DNA from: Opitutia bacterium
GTDB lineage: Bacteria; Verrucomicrobiota; Verrucomicrobiia; Opitutales; T3Sed10-336
Length of the DNA: 59,988 bases
Direction of reading: 5' to 3'
Assembly (NCBI GenBank): GCA_050506795.1
Contig: JBJHCF010000032.1
Coordinates: forward strand, 1-59,988
Position numbers and translations under genes: made by a program. Shown here one piece after another: positions 27,115 through 36,421 of the stretch (position 1 is the first letter of the stretch; the number at the start of each line of letters is the position of its first letter). The notes beneath the pieces were generated by a model. That model saw only the letters and a list, made by a program, of their open reading frames with translations, did not search any database and was not told the DNA's origin.

Positions 27115-30100
27115 TGTTCAGCCCCCCCGTTCGGATAGTTCTTGGCGTAATATTCCGCCGCGCTCAGCGGGCGTTTGCCGTAATCCGGCATGAGGGGATT
27201 GGGATTGCGCAGCTTAGCCAGATAGGTGGTACGCGGGCGGACGTTCAGGTAACCGAGAACCGCATAATCCCGGCTGCTGTTCTTCCAGCGGGAAACCTCG
27301 CTGTCAGGATCGGCAATGTTGCCGAACGTGATGGCCTCCGTCGGGCAGGCCTGTTGGCAGGCGACCTGGAAGGTTCCGTCCGGAACCTCCACATCGTCCG
27401 ACGCACCGGCTTTGACCTTTTGCTCGATCTTGGCCCGTTCAATGCGCTGGGTACAAAAGGTGCACTTTTCCATGACCCCGCGCATGCGAACGGTGACATC
27501 GGGATTCTTCTGCATCTTGTGCAGTTCGTTCATGCCTTTCGGACCAAACGGCGCGTGGTAAAACTTCCCGATCTGCCGTTCATTCCAATCGAAGAAATTG
27601 AAACGCCTCACCTTGTAGGGGCAATTGTTGGCACAATACCGGGTGCCGATGCATCGGTTGTAGGCCATGACATTGAGCCCTTCGTCGTCGTGTACAGTGG
27701 CGTTCACCGGGCAGACGGTCTCACACGGCGCATTCTCGCAATGCTGGCAAAGCATTGGCTGCAGAGACATCTGCGGGTCGTCCGAAACATCCTGCACCTC
27801 CGGACCGCTGGAATAATAGCGGTCGATGCGGATCCAGTGCATTTCGCGGCCCCGCAGAACCTGGTCCTTGCCCACGATGGGAATATTGTTCTCGCTCTGA
27901 CACGCGACCACACAGGCGTTGCAGCCGATGCAGGTGTTCATGTCGATGGCCATTCCCCACTGGTGAATGCCTTCGAACTTCGGGTGTTCGTAAAGGGAGT
28001 ACCCCCGGGGAGTCCGGGTGGCCCTTTCGTGCAGCGGCATATCCCGGTCGGGGCCGAAGTTCGGTGGGGCGTGCGATTCCATGCCCATGCGGGAGGCGAA
28101 GTCCGGGGTGTCGTCGAAGTAATCCTTGTTGGCCTCGCGAATAATGGCGCGGCCTTCCATCGACCAGTGCTCCTGGACGTTGGCCAGCTGCATGGTTTCA
28201 CCGGTCACCATCAGCGAAACGCCGGCGGAAACAAAAGGACGCTGCACTGATTTCAGCGGGTAGGCGTCGAATCCGACCCCGGTGCCGATCCGGCCGGTTC
28301 TCGCCCGTCCGTACCCAACCGGGACGATCACGGTGTAATCCGGCAGTCCGGGCTGAATGTGAACGGGACCGCTGATCTTGCGGCCATTGACTTCCAGCTC
28401 GACGATCGGGGCAACCTGACGGCCCATACTGATCCGATTCGGGTTGCGCCGTACGATGCGTACCGCTCCGCCGCGCGCGATCAGGCCCAGCTCCCGTGCC
28501 AGACGCGAGCTGATCATAATGGCATTATCCCAGGTGTTCTTGCTGATGGGGTCCGGGCATTCCTGCAGCCAGCCGTTGTTGATGAACCGTCCGTCGTCCA
28601 CCCGGGCGTCCCTCACCAGGCGCACTTCCAGGTTGTCGACAGAGAGCGAAGGCGGCGCGAAGTCGGCCTCGGCCAACAGGTCGCGCACCTCTTCGGCGGA
28701 AAACGGGCTCTCAATCGTCTCGTAATCGCTCTCCGCCAGGAGTCCGTCGTGCAGAAACCGCCGAAACACCCGCTCGGGCTCTTCATCCGGACTGAATTCG
28801 GTGACGGTCGCGAACACCAGGTCGTAAGGGTCCCGGGTATCGCGACGCAGCACCCGGGCCAGCAGCTCCAACTCGGTCATGCCACGGAAAAGCGGCAAAA
28901 TCATGGGCTGCACCGGCAGCACGGTTCCATCGGCGGCCCGCGCGTCGCCCCAGGATTCCAGGTAATGCAGGGCGGTCAGGTGATAATCGGCGGCCTCGGA
29001 GGTCTCGTCCTGATAATACCCGTAACGGATTACGGTATCGACCCGTTCCTGGAGTTCCTTCCAGCCGAGATCGCCCGGCGCGTTGTGCACGGGATTGCCG
29101 CCCAAAACGAACAACGTGTCCACGCGGTCGGCGGAAATGGCCTCGGACAGATCCTTGATGGACGCTCCCAGACGCTCCTCCACCTGGAGGAGATCGACGG
29201 TGCTGCCGAAATTGCCCAGAATCCCGTTCAAATAGAGCGCGATGGCCTGCACGGGCTCGGGCAAATGCGCGCCGGCCACGATCAAAGACGCCCCGGCATG
29301 ATCGGCAAGATCCTTCGCACACTCGTCGATCCAGGTCTCGTCGACATCCAGCCCGGAGCCCAGCGAAGCCAATTCCTCCGCCAGGTCGCCGTCAACGCCG
29401 ACATGCGCCAGCACCCGGGCCGCCAGTCGGCAGGTAAACGCCGGCAGGTGCGACGCCGAGAGACGCAGGCGGTGGTCCGCCATGCCGCCGGTCACGGAAA
29501 AAGCGCTTTCCACCGCGTACAGGCGGTTCATCGGATCGCCCGCGTCTTTCACCCGGCGGCCGTCGGCGAACGCCAGCGCGTGGTAGATGTGACCATCGCC
29601 CTCGTGCAGAAAATCCGAATCCAGCGCCAGAATGCGGTTGGCCCGGCCGGGATGGTAGTGCGGGCGGAGCGGTTCGCCGGCCATACGGGTGGCGGCCCGC
29701 TCGGCGAAGGCTTCTTCCACCGGTTCGTATTCCGCCCAGATCGCCTGGGGGTATTTTTCCTTTAACTCCTCCACCAGGATCCGGCGGGTGGGAGAACTGG
29801 AATACTCCGCCAGAAACGCGAGGCCCTCGCCACCGTTTTCGCCGTACTTGCGGCCGACGTCGTCGAGCAAATCCGCCACTTCCTCATCGGAAAGACGGGA
29901 GGTGCCGCGGGTGTGCTGGCGGGCGCGGTCCGGATCGTAGAGATTGAGGACCGAAGCCTGGGAAATCAGGTCGGATTTACCGCGGTGCGGGATGTAACTC
30001 GGATTGCCCTCGATCTTGGTGGGACGGGCCTGGTGAGTCTCCACCAGGACGGGGACCGCCGCGCCGCGCAACGGCATGGAACTCGCGTAATACAGCGGAC

Positions 30101-30383
30101 GGCCGGGAATGATTCGCTCGGGCGCCTGGGCGTACGGGAGAATACGGGACTCCGGACGGCGGCAGCCGGCCATGCCGATTCCGCCCAGGGCGAACGAAGC
30201 CGCCATGATCTTGATGAAATGGCGCCGGTCCACTCCCTCGATGCTGGAGGCGCCCTCCGGAAACTCGCGCTCCAGGTATTCGCGGAAGCCCGGGGTGTCG
30301 GCCACCTCGTCGAGGCTTCGCCAGTATTGCGGACCGGCCGGTTCACCGGCGGCGGGCTCGGGATGCTTAACTACTCGCTTCAT
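27111..30383 (-). CDS. actB: Alternative complex III subunit B (molybdopterin-oxidoreductase-like + Fe-S domains)
   Basis: YWRSLDE, Tat motif DRRHFIK, lipobox [39 protein letters not shown]. Confidence 0.95.
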   Translation of the reverse strand: MKRVVKHPEPAAGEPAGPQYWRSLDEVADTPGFREYLEREFPEGASSIEGVDRRHFIKIMAASFALGGIGMAGCRRPESRILPYAQAPERIIPGRPLYYASSMPLRGAAVPVLVETHQARPTKIEGNPSYIPHRGKSDLISQASVLNLYDPDRARQHTRGTSRLSDEEVADLLDDVGRKYGENGGEGLAFLAEYSSSPTRRILVEELKEKYPQAIWAEYEPVEEAFAERAATRMAGEPLRPHYHPGRANRILALDSDFLHEGDGHIYHALAFADGRRVKDAGDPMNRLYAVESAFSVTGGMADHRLRLSASHLPAFTCRLAARVLAHVGVDGDLAEELASLGSGLDVDETWIDECAKDLADHAGASLIVAGAHLPEPVQAIALYLNGILGNFGSTVDLLQVEERLGASIKDLSEAISADRVDTLFVLGGNPVHNAPGDLGWKELQERVDTVIRYGYYQDETSEAADYHLTALHYLESWGDARAADGTVLPVQPMILPLFRGMTELELLARVLRRDTRDPYDLVFATVTEFSPDEEPERVFRRFLHDGLLAESDYETIESPFSAEEVRDLLAEADFAPPSLSVDNLEVRLVRDARVDDGRFINNGWLQECPDPISKNTWDNAIMISSRLARELGLIARGGAVRIVRRNPNRISMGRQVAPIVELEVNGRKISGPVHIQPGLPDYTVIVPVGYGRARTGRIGTGVGFDAYPLKSVQRPFVSAGVSLMVTGETMQLANVQEHWSMEGRAIIREANKDYFDDTPDFASRMGMESHAPPNFGPDRDMPLHERATRTPRGYSLYEHPKFEGIHQWGMAIDMNTCIGCNACVVACQSENNIPIVGKDQVLRGREMHWIRIDRYYSSGPEVQDVSDDPQMSLQPMLCQHCENAPCETVCPVNATVHDDEGLNVMAYNRCIGTRYCANNCPYKVRRFNFFDWNERQIGKFYHAPFGPKGMNELHKMQKNPDVTVRMRGVMEKCTFCTQRIERAKIEQKVKAGASDDVEVPDGTFQVACQQACPTEAITFGNIADPDSEVSRWKNSSRDYAVLGYLNVRPRTTYLAKLRNPNPLMPDYGKRPLSAAEYYAKNYPNGGAEQ

Positions 30384-31033
30384 CGGTGACAGGCTGAACA
30401 GCTCAAAGGCGGATTGACGTTCCAGTCGTGTTTGAATTCGATCCCCATTTCCACGCGGGCCTGGTGGCTTTCGGGATGCCAATCCATGTTGTAAATCTCT
30501 TCCGGAGGCCGGAGATAGTTCTCGGGCTGACGGTGACACTCCAGGCACCACCCCATGCTAAAGGAATGTTCATGGCGAACCACCTCCATTTCGTTCACCT
30601 GCCCGTGACACTCGTAACAGCTGATTCCCCGGTTCACGTGCACGGAGTGATCAAAGAAAACGTAGTCCGGCATTTCGTGAATCCGGATCCAGGGAATGGA
30701 TTCGCCCGATTCATAGCTGGCCCGGACCATTTCCAGAGCCGGACTCTCGGTCTTGATCTGGTTGTGACAGTTCATGCAGGTGGAGGTCGGCGGAACGGTG
30801 GAGTGCTTCGAGCGTTCCACATGGGTGTGGCAGTAACGGCAGTCGATTCCGAGATCGCCTGCATGTAACCGGTGATCGAAAGCGACGGGCTGGGTCGGGG
30901 CGTAACCGACCCGCGTGTACTTAGGTGTGAAGTAATACCACACCACGCCGACCAGGGTGGCTCCGAGCACCGCCAGGATGATCACCACCTTCAGCGGCAC
31001 GGAATTGGACCATTTTGGAAATATCTTCGACAT
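30380..31033 (-). CDS. actA: Alternative complex III pentaheme cytochrome c subunit A
   Basis: One TM and five CxxCH (CRYCH, CMNCH, CYECH, CLECH, CSACH). Confidence 0.95.
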   Translation of the reverse strand: MSKIFPKWSNSVPLKVVIILAVLGATLVGVVWYYFTPKYTRVGYAPTQPVAFDHRLHAGDLGIDCRYCHTHVERSKHSTVPPTSTCMNCHNQIKTESPALEMVRASYESGESIPWIRIHEMPDYVFFDHSVHVNRGISCYECHGQVNEMEVVRHEHSFSMGWCLECHRQPENYLRPPEEIYNMDWHPESHQARVEMGIEFKHDWNVNPPLSCSACHR

Positions 31034-31456
31034 CTATCGTTAGCGTAAAGACCTGAAAAATCGGAAGTGGACGAAACCTGGTCGCCACTCAGCTGTCTGG
31101 CATATCGCGCGGTATCGATCTCGGTTCCGGCCTCGCCGCCACCGATGGATTGGCGGGAGAACCTTTTTCGCGGCCAGCCGCGCCGACCAGGATGCTCCCG
31201 CCGAAAATGGCGGCTCCGGCGGCGACAATTCTCTGGAAAAACGACTTACGCGAAATGTGTTCTTGCACGGCGATAGATTCGGCGATGGAAACTTTTGAGC
31301 GAAACGAACGAAAGGTTAAAGAAAAGTAAGCCGCTTTCGGCAATGCAATCCAAAATCGGAAAAAACCGCTGAAATCTTGCTGCTATAAGAACGTCGCCTG
31401 CTGCGGCGGAAGGAAAATAAGGGGATTCCGCGTCCCCACCGAGCGATTCAAGGAAA

Positions 31457-31879
31457 ATGCTGCAAACCAAAATCGATATCCGCGTCCGCTACGCCGAAAC
31501 CGACATGATGGGATTCGTCCACCACGGCAATTACGCCGCCTGGTTCGAACTCGCCCGCGTCCGGATGATGGATGAATTCGGTTACCCCTACCGCGAGATG
31601 GAATCCGACGGTTACCTCCTTCCGGTGCTGGAAATGCACACCCGTTTCCAACAATCCGTCACCTTCGACGATATCGTCACCGTGGAAGCCACACTCCGCG
31701 AGATGCCGTCGGCCCGCATCAAAATCGAATACCGGGTTCTGCGGGAGGGCCGGGAGGTCGCCAGCGGATCCACCCGGCACGCGTTCATCAACGCCGCGGG
31801 GCGCCCGGTACGGCCTCCGCGGCGATTTGTCCAGGGCATGGGAGCCTTTTTTCTTCCTAATCGCACCGCCTCTCCTTAA
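31457..31879 (+). CDS. Acyl-CoA thioesterase, YbgC/4HBT family
   Basis: VRYAETDMMGFVHHGNY..FELAR. Confidence 0.9.
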   Translation: MLQTKIDIRVRYAETDMMGFVHHGNYAAWFELARVRMMDEFGYPYREMESDGYLLPVLEMHTRFQQSVTFDDIVTVEATLREMPSARIKIEYRVLREGREVASGSTRHAFINAAGRPVRPPRRFVQGMGAFFLPNRTASP

Positions 31880-31953
31880 ACTTCATGACTGAGGCCGATC
31901 TTGCCCCGGTTGCTTCGGACTTTTTCCTTTATCCTTCTTAATTAATACTTTCT

Positions 31954-32709
31954 ATGGCCCTTCTTGCCGACATCACCGCCTTCTGCGACGAGCGCACCCG
32001 GCGCCGGGAAATTGTTGATTTTCCCGGTTCACACAACGGCCTGCAGTTTTCCAACCGCGGCAAGGTGAACAAGGTGGGGGCGGCGGTCGACGCCGGATTG
32101 CTGCCGTTTCGCCAGGCGGCCTCCCGCGGAATCCAATTTCTTATCGTCCATCACGGTATGTTCTGGAACCCCTTCCCCCCGATCACCGGCGTCCAGTACG
32201 AGAAATCCCGAACCCTTTTGGAGGCCGACTGCGCGGTCTACGGCGCCCACCTGCCGCTCGACCTGCACCCGGAGATCGGCAACAACGTCCTGCTGGCCCG
32301 GCAGCTCGATTTGGAAATCGTGGACGAATTCCTGGAATACGAAGGACACACCATCGGCAAAATCGCCCATGCCGGCCTGAACCGCCCCGAACTCCGCGAC
32401 CGCATGAAGCGCTTCTACCAGGCCACGTTTTCCGCGGCGGAATTCGGAGCGGACCGCATCGAGCGGGTGGCCATCCTCAGCGGCAGCGGCTCCTCCGCCG
32501 TGCCCTACCTCAAGGCCGCCGGCGTCGACACCCTGATCACGGGCGAACTCAAACAGAACTTCTTCAATCAAGCCCAGGAGGAGCGACTAAACCTGTATTG
32601 CTGCGGACATTACGCCACAGAAACCCACGGCGTCCGGGCCCTGGCCCGGGAGGTGGCCGAAGAATTCGGGCTCGACTGGGAGTTCATTGAGACCGAATGT
32701 CCCTGGTGA
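31954..32709 (+). CDS. Nif3-like dinuclear metal centre protein
   Basis: NGLQ, VHHGMFW, HLPLDLHPEIGNN, GHYATE. Confidence 0.93.
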   Translation: MALLADITAFCDERTRRREIVDFPGSHNGLQFSNRGKVNKVGAAVDAGLLPFRQAASRGIQFLIVHHGMFWNPFPPITGVQYEKSRTLLEADCAVYGAHLPLDLHPEIGNNVLLARQLDLEIVDEFLEYEGHTIGKIAHAGLNRPELRDRMKRFYQATFSAAEFGADRIERVAILSGSGSSAVPYLKAAGVDTLITGELKQNFFNQAQEERLNLYCCGHYATETHGVRALAREVAEEFGLDWEFIETECPW

Positions 32710-32713
32710 AGTC

Positions 32714-33142
32714 ATGAAAAAGATCGCCATTATCAACGGCCCAAATCTCGACCGCCTGGGCAGGCGCGAACCGGACATCTACGGACACCAAACGCTTGCC
32801 GACCTGGAAACTCTCCTGCGCAAACGGGTCGCGGACGGGGAGGTCGAGCTGGAGTTTTTCCAGTCCAACCACGAGGGCGAAATCATCGACCGCATCGCCG
32901 CCTGCGCCGACGCCGGCTTTGCCGGCCTGGTGATCAATCCGGGCGCGCTCACCCACACCAGCGTCGCCCTGCGCGACGCACTGGCCGGCGCGGGAGTTCC
33001 CGCTGTCGAAGTCCATATTTCGAATATTTATCGCCGGGAAGAGTTCCGCCGCCACTCCCTCACCGCTCCCGCCTGCATCGCGGTAATCAGCGGTCTGGGA
33101 TTTCACGGTTACGCCGCCGCCCTCGATTTCCTGCTACTCTGA
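32714..33142 (+). CDS. aroQ: Type II 3-dehydroquinate dehydratase
   Basis: NGPNLDRLGRREPDIYG, QSNHEG, EVHISN. Confidence 0.95.
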   Translation: MKKIAIINGPNLDRLGRREPDIYGHQTLADLETLLRKRVADGEVELEFFQSNHEGEIIDRIAACADAGFAGLVINPGALTHTSVALRDALAGAGVPAVEVHISNIYRREEFRRHSLTAPACIAVISGLGFHGYAAALDFLLL

Positions 33143-33155
33143 ATTTTCGATCCCG

Positions 33156-33686
33156 ATGTATCACCCTGTAGATGTTGATGTCCACTGGTTCGTCTGTCAC
33201 ACGAAGCCCAAGTGTGAAAAGCGCTTCGCCCGGCTGATGGAGTCCAGCGAAATGCAGTACTATTTGCCCCTGCACACCAGCGTGCGCCGCTATTACAACC
33301 GTCGGGGCAAGCGAACCGAGACGAAATTCTTCACCAAACCCCTCTTTCCCAGCTACGTGTTCTGCCGACTCCCGCTGGAGCGGAAAATGGAGGCCTACCA
33401 GCGTGACTACGTGGTCCGGCTGATTCGCGTGGAAAACGAACCGCGCTTTCTGCGGCAGATCGATTCCATCAAACTGATGTTGGAAGCAGGCGTCGAAATC
33501 GATCTGTGCCCGCCGTTGGAGAAGGGCACCCGGGTGCGGGTGTGCGACGGACCGCTCATGGGAGTTGAGGGCGTGGTGGAGAATCCGGAGAATCCCGACG
33601 TTATCGTGGTGGCGGTGGACATCCTCCACCAGGGCGTTTTAACCAAAATCCCGCGCGCCGAGCTGGAGATCATCGAAGACGAGTGA
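33156..33686 (+). CDS. NusG-paralog antiterminator (UpxY/RfaH-like, NGN+KOW)
   Basis: WFVCHTKPKCEK, PLFPSYVF, KOW motif GTRVRVCDGPLMGVEG. Confidence 0.88.
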   Translation: MYHPVDVDVHWFVCHTKPKCEKRFARLMESSEMQYYLPLHTSVRRYYNRRGKRTETKFFTKPLFPSYVFCRLPLERKMEAYQRDYVVRLIRVENEPRFLRQIDSIKLMLEAGVEIDLCPPLEKGTRVRVCDGPLMGVEGVVENPENPDVIVVAVDILHQGVLTKIPRAELEIIEDE

Positions 33687-33711
33687 TGCCCGGCGGTGGC
33701 ACTCCCGGCCC

Positions 33712-34800
33712 TCACGACGCCAGGGCCCGGGCGGCCGCCTGAAGAAACCGCTCGTTCTCGGCCTCGGTGCCGATGGAAACGCGGACGTAGTCCGGCAGAC
33801 CGTAACCACCGAGCGGACGGACTATAACCCCTTGGGCCTGAACGGATTGGAAAAATCGGGCACCATCCCCCACCCGCACCAGCAGGAAGTTGCCATCGCT
33901 GGGAACGGACTCCAGGCCGAGCGAAGCGAATCCGGCCTCCAGTTGGCGTCCGCCCTCACGGTTCCTGCGGCGACATTCGCCGACAAACGCGTCGTCATCG
34001 AGGGCCGCGACCGCGGCGGCCTGGGCTATGGCGTTGGTGTTGAAGGGCTGGCGGACCCGATTAAGAAGGGCCGCCCATTCGGCACTGCCATAACCGTAAC
34101 CGATTCGCAGGGAAGCGAGACCGTAGATCTTGGAAAAGGTTCGCAGACAGACCACGTTGCGACCCTCTTCGATCAAGGGTCGCAGGTCCGGTGGCGAATC
34201 GAGATACTCGGCGTACGCTTCGTCAAAGACGAATATCACGTGCGGGGGCAAGGCACGGGCAAAGGCGACAACCTCCTCCTCACTATTCGCGGTTCCGGTG
34301 GGGTTGTTGGGACTGGGAAGGAAAACCATGCGGGTTTTGTCGGTCACGCGGGCCGCCATGGCATCCAGATCGTGACGGTGATTCAGCAAAGACACTTCAA
34401 CCGGAACCGCCTCAAAAAGAAGCGTCACCAGTTTATAAACGATGAAGGCGGGGTCGCCCATGACCACCTCGTCTCCGGGCCGCAGAAAAGCGTGCCCCAG
34501 GAGTTCGATGATTTCATTGGATCCATTGCCCAGCACCAGTTGGTCCGTGCGCAGACCCCGTTTCACGGCGATTTTCTCCTTCAGACGGGTACCGTTTCCG
34601 TCCGGATAAAGATGAGCCTGACCCAGCGCCTCGCGGGCGGCGGCGAGGGCTTTGGGAGACGGCCCGAAAGGATTTTCATTCGAGGCCATCTTGATGATGG
34701 TGTGAAAATCGAACCCCAGTTCACGGGCCACGTCCTCAATCGGTCGCCCCGGCTCGTAGACGGGCTGTTTCTCCACCAATGCCCTGGCCAGGCGTTTCAT
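33712..34800 (-). CDS. hisC: Histidinol-phosphate aminotransferase
   Basis: KMASNENP, GNGSNE, PNNPTG, DEAY, RTFSKIYGLASLRIGY. Confidence 0.93.
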   Translation of the reverse strand: MKRLARALVEKQPVYEPGRPIEDVARELGFDFHTIIKMASNENPFGPSPKALAAAREALGQAHLYPDGNGTRLKEKIAVKRGLRTDQLVLGNGSNEIIELLGHAFLRPGDEVVMGDPAFIVYKLVTLLFEAVPVEVSLLNHRHDLDAMAARVTDKTRMVFLPSPNNPTGTANSEEEVVAFARALPPHVIFVFDEAYAEYLDSPPDLRPLIEEGRNVVCLRTFSKIYGLASLRIGYGYGSAEWAALLNRVRQPFNTNAIAQAAAVAALDDDAFVGECRRRNREGGRQLEAGFASLGLESVPSDGNFLLVRVGDGARFFQSVQAQGVIVRPLGGYGLPDYVRVSIGTEAENERFLQAAARALAS

Positions 34801-34920
34801 GCAAAAATCGTTTGTCATTATGGGTGTTTGCCTCAATAAGCAGGCATTTATCGCTGAAAAATCAAGAATGAAAGAGGAAAGGGAGGCCTCGAATACGCCC
34901 CTGTTTCCACGTCACTGGAC

Positions 34921-36369
34921 ATGTTAGACCAAACCAGCTCTTCGAACGACTTCGATCCCGGAAGGCCACTTCAGGAAAAAGTACTTCTGGCCTGCCTGGC
35001 CCTGCTGCTTTTGTTTCTTCCCTGGGCACTGGGCACCATGCACGTGTGGAGCCAGTTTACGGCCCTGGGCCTGGCTGCCGTTTGCTTTTTTGTCGCCCTC
35101 CTGCCCCGCCCCTCCGACCCGGTGACTCCCGCCCTCGTCAAGTTGGTGCGATTCCCGGTTTTTTACCTCGGGCTCCTTCTCATGGGCTACATCACGATCC
35201 AGGGATACAATCCTGCCTGGCGCTACTTCGAGCTGGCCGGCTACTGGTACATGTTGCCGATCAACGACCACATCACCTGGCTCCCGACCGGCACCCGGAC
35301 CGCTTTCGAACAATCAAATCCGTTCCGTTACCTCGTAATTCTCGGCATCCCTTTCCTGACCGTCTGCGCCATTTGGTGCGGAATCACCCGCCGCGAGTCG
35401 GTTTTCTTTCTGTTGATCCTGCTGGTGCTCAACGGCGTGGTGCTTTCTCTCCTGGGCTTCGCCCAGATCCTGACCGGAGCCGATAAGATTTTCTGGACGA
35501 TCGAACACTCGGCGCGGCACACGGTGGCCAGCTTCATTTACCGGAACCATGCCGCGGCATATTTCAACTTGATGGTCGGCCTTAGCGGCGCCCTTGCCCT
35601 TTACTATTTCCACGAGGGACGCCTGATGTTGCGGCGGTCGGATCCCAGCGGGATTTTCCTCTTCTTTTCGGTGGTTATTCTGGCCGTGGTCGGGTTGTCG
35701 CTCTCGCGGGCCGGCACGGTCATGGGAACCATCACCCTGTTGAGCCTTTTCTGCGTGTTTCTCTTTTACACGCTGGTGCAGACGACCACCAAAACCAACA
35801 AACTGATCGCCGTCTTCATTATGACCCTCGTGGTCGCGTTCGGCGGCTACCTGGTAAGCCAGGTCGACTATGACCGTTTGATCGAACGGTTCGACCAGAT
35901 CAGCGAACTCGACGACCGTCCCTGGGAAGTCAGGTGGAGTGCGACCAAGGCAACGGCGGAGATGTTCTCCGACAACTGGCTCTACGGCACCGGAGCCGGA
36001 AGCTTCCGCTGGTTGTTTCCCGCTTACCAAGACTGGGAAAGCGACAGCGCGGCCTTTGGACCCGACCGGCTTTGGCAATACGCTCACAACGATTTGCTGC
36101 AATTCCCCACAGAGTTGGGAGTGGTGGGCATGAGCCTGATCTTCCTCTGTCTGGGTTACTTCGGCTGGCAATTACTCGCACGCCGAACCGTGCGAAACCC
36201 GCTGGCCTTCTTCATACTGTTCACCCTGGCCATAACCATCCTGCACAACGCGGTCGACTTCAACTTCCAGAATCCCGCGATCCTGACCACCTGGGCGACC
36301 ATGCTGGCCCTGGTCACCATCCTGGTGCGAATGGAACGCGTATCCGAACGTCGTCGCCGAAGGAAATAA
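34921..36369 (+). CDS. O-antigen ligase/Wzy_C family membrane protein
   Basis: Multi-TM; FIYRNH, SLSRAG, GTGAGSF, AHNDLLQ, VDFNFQ. Confidence 0.85.
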   Translation: MLDQTSSSNDFDPGRPLQEKVLLACLALLLLFLPWALGTMHVWSQFTALGLAAVCFFVALLPRPSDPVTPALVKLVRFPVFYLGLLLMGYITIQGYNPAWRYFELAGYWYMLPINDHITWLPTGTRTAFEQSNPFRYLVILGIPFLTVCAIWCGITRRESVFFLLILLVLNGVVLSLLGFAQILTGADKIFWTIEHSARHTVASFIYRNHAAAYFNLMVGLSGALALYYFHEGRLMLRRSDPSGIFLFFSVVILAVVGLSLSRAGTVMGTITLLSLFCVFLFYTLVQTTTKTNKLIAVFIMTLVVAFGGYLVSQVDYDRLIERFDQISELDDRPWEVRWSATKATAEMFSDNWLYGTGAGSFRWLFPAYQDWESDSAAFGPDRLWQYAHNDLLQFPTELGVVGMSLIFLCLGYFGWQLLARRTVRNPLAFFILFTLAITILHNAVDFNFQNPAILTTWATMLALVTILVRMERVSERRRRRK

Positions 36370-36421
36370 TCGCGGGCCGGAGTAAGAAGCTGGCAGCCAG
36401 TCGGCGAAGCCCGACAGACTC

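Noticed and set aside
20974..29765. Long plus-strand ORFs (453, 478, 378, 468 aa) over the respiratory cluster
   Set aside because: High-GC antisense shadows of well-supported act/cco genes
33692..33700. GGCGGTGG as an RfaH ops site
   Set aside because: It mismatches GGCGGTAG and lies after the gene between convergent stops, with no operon downstream
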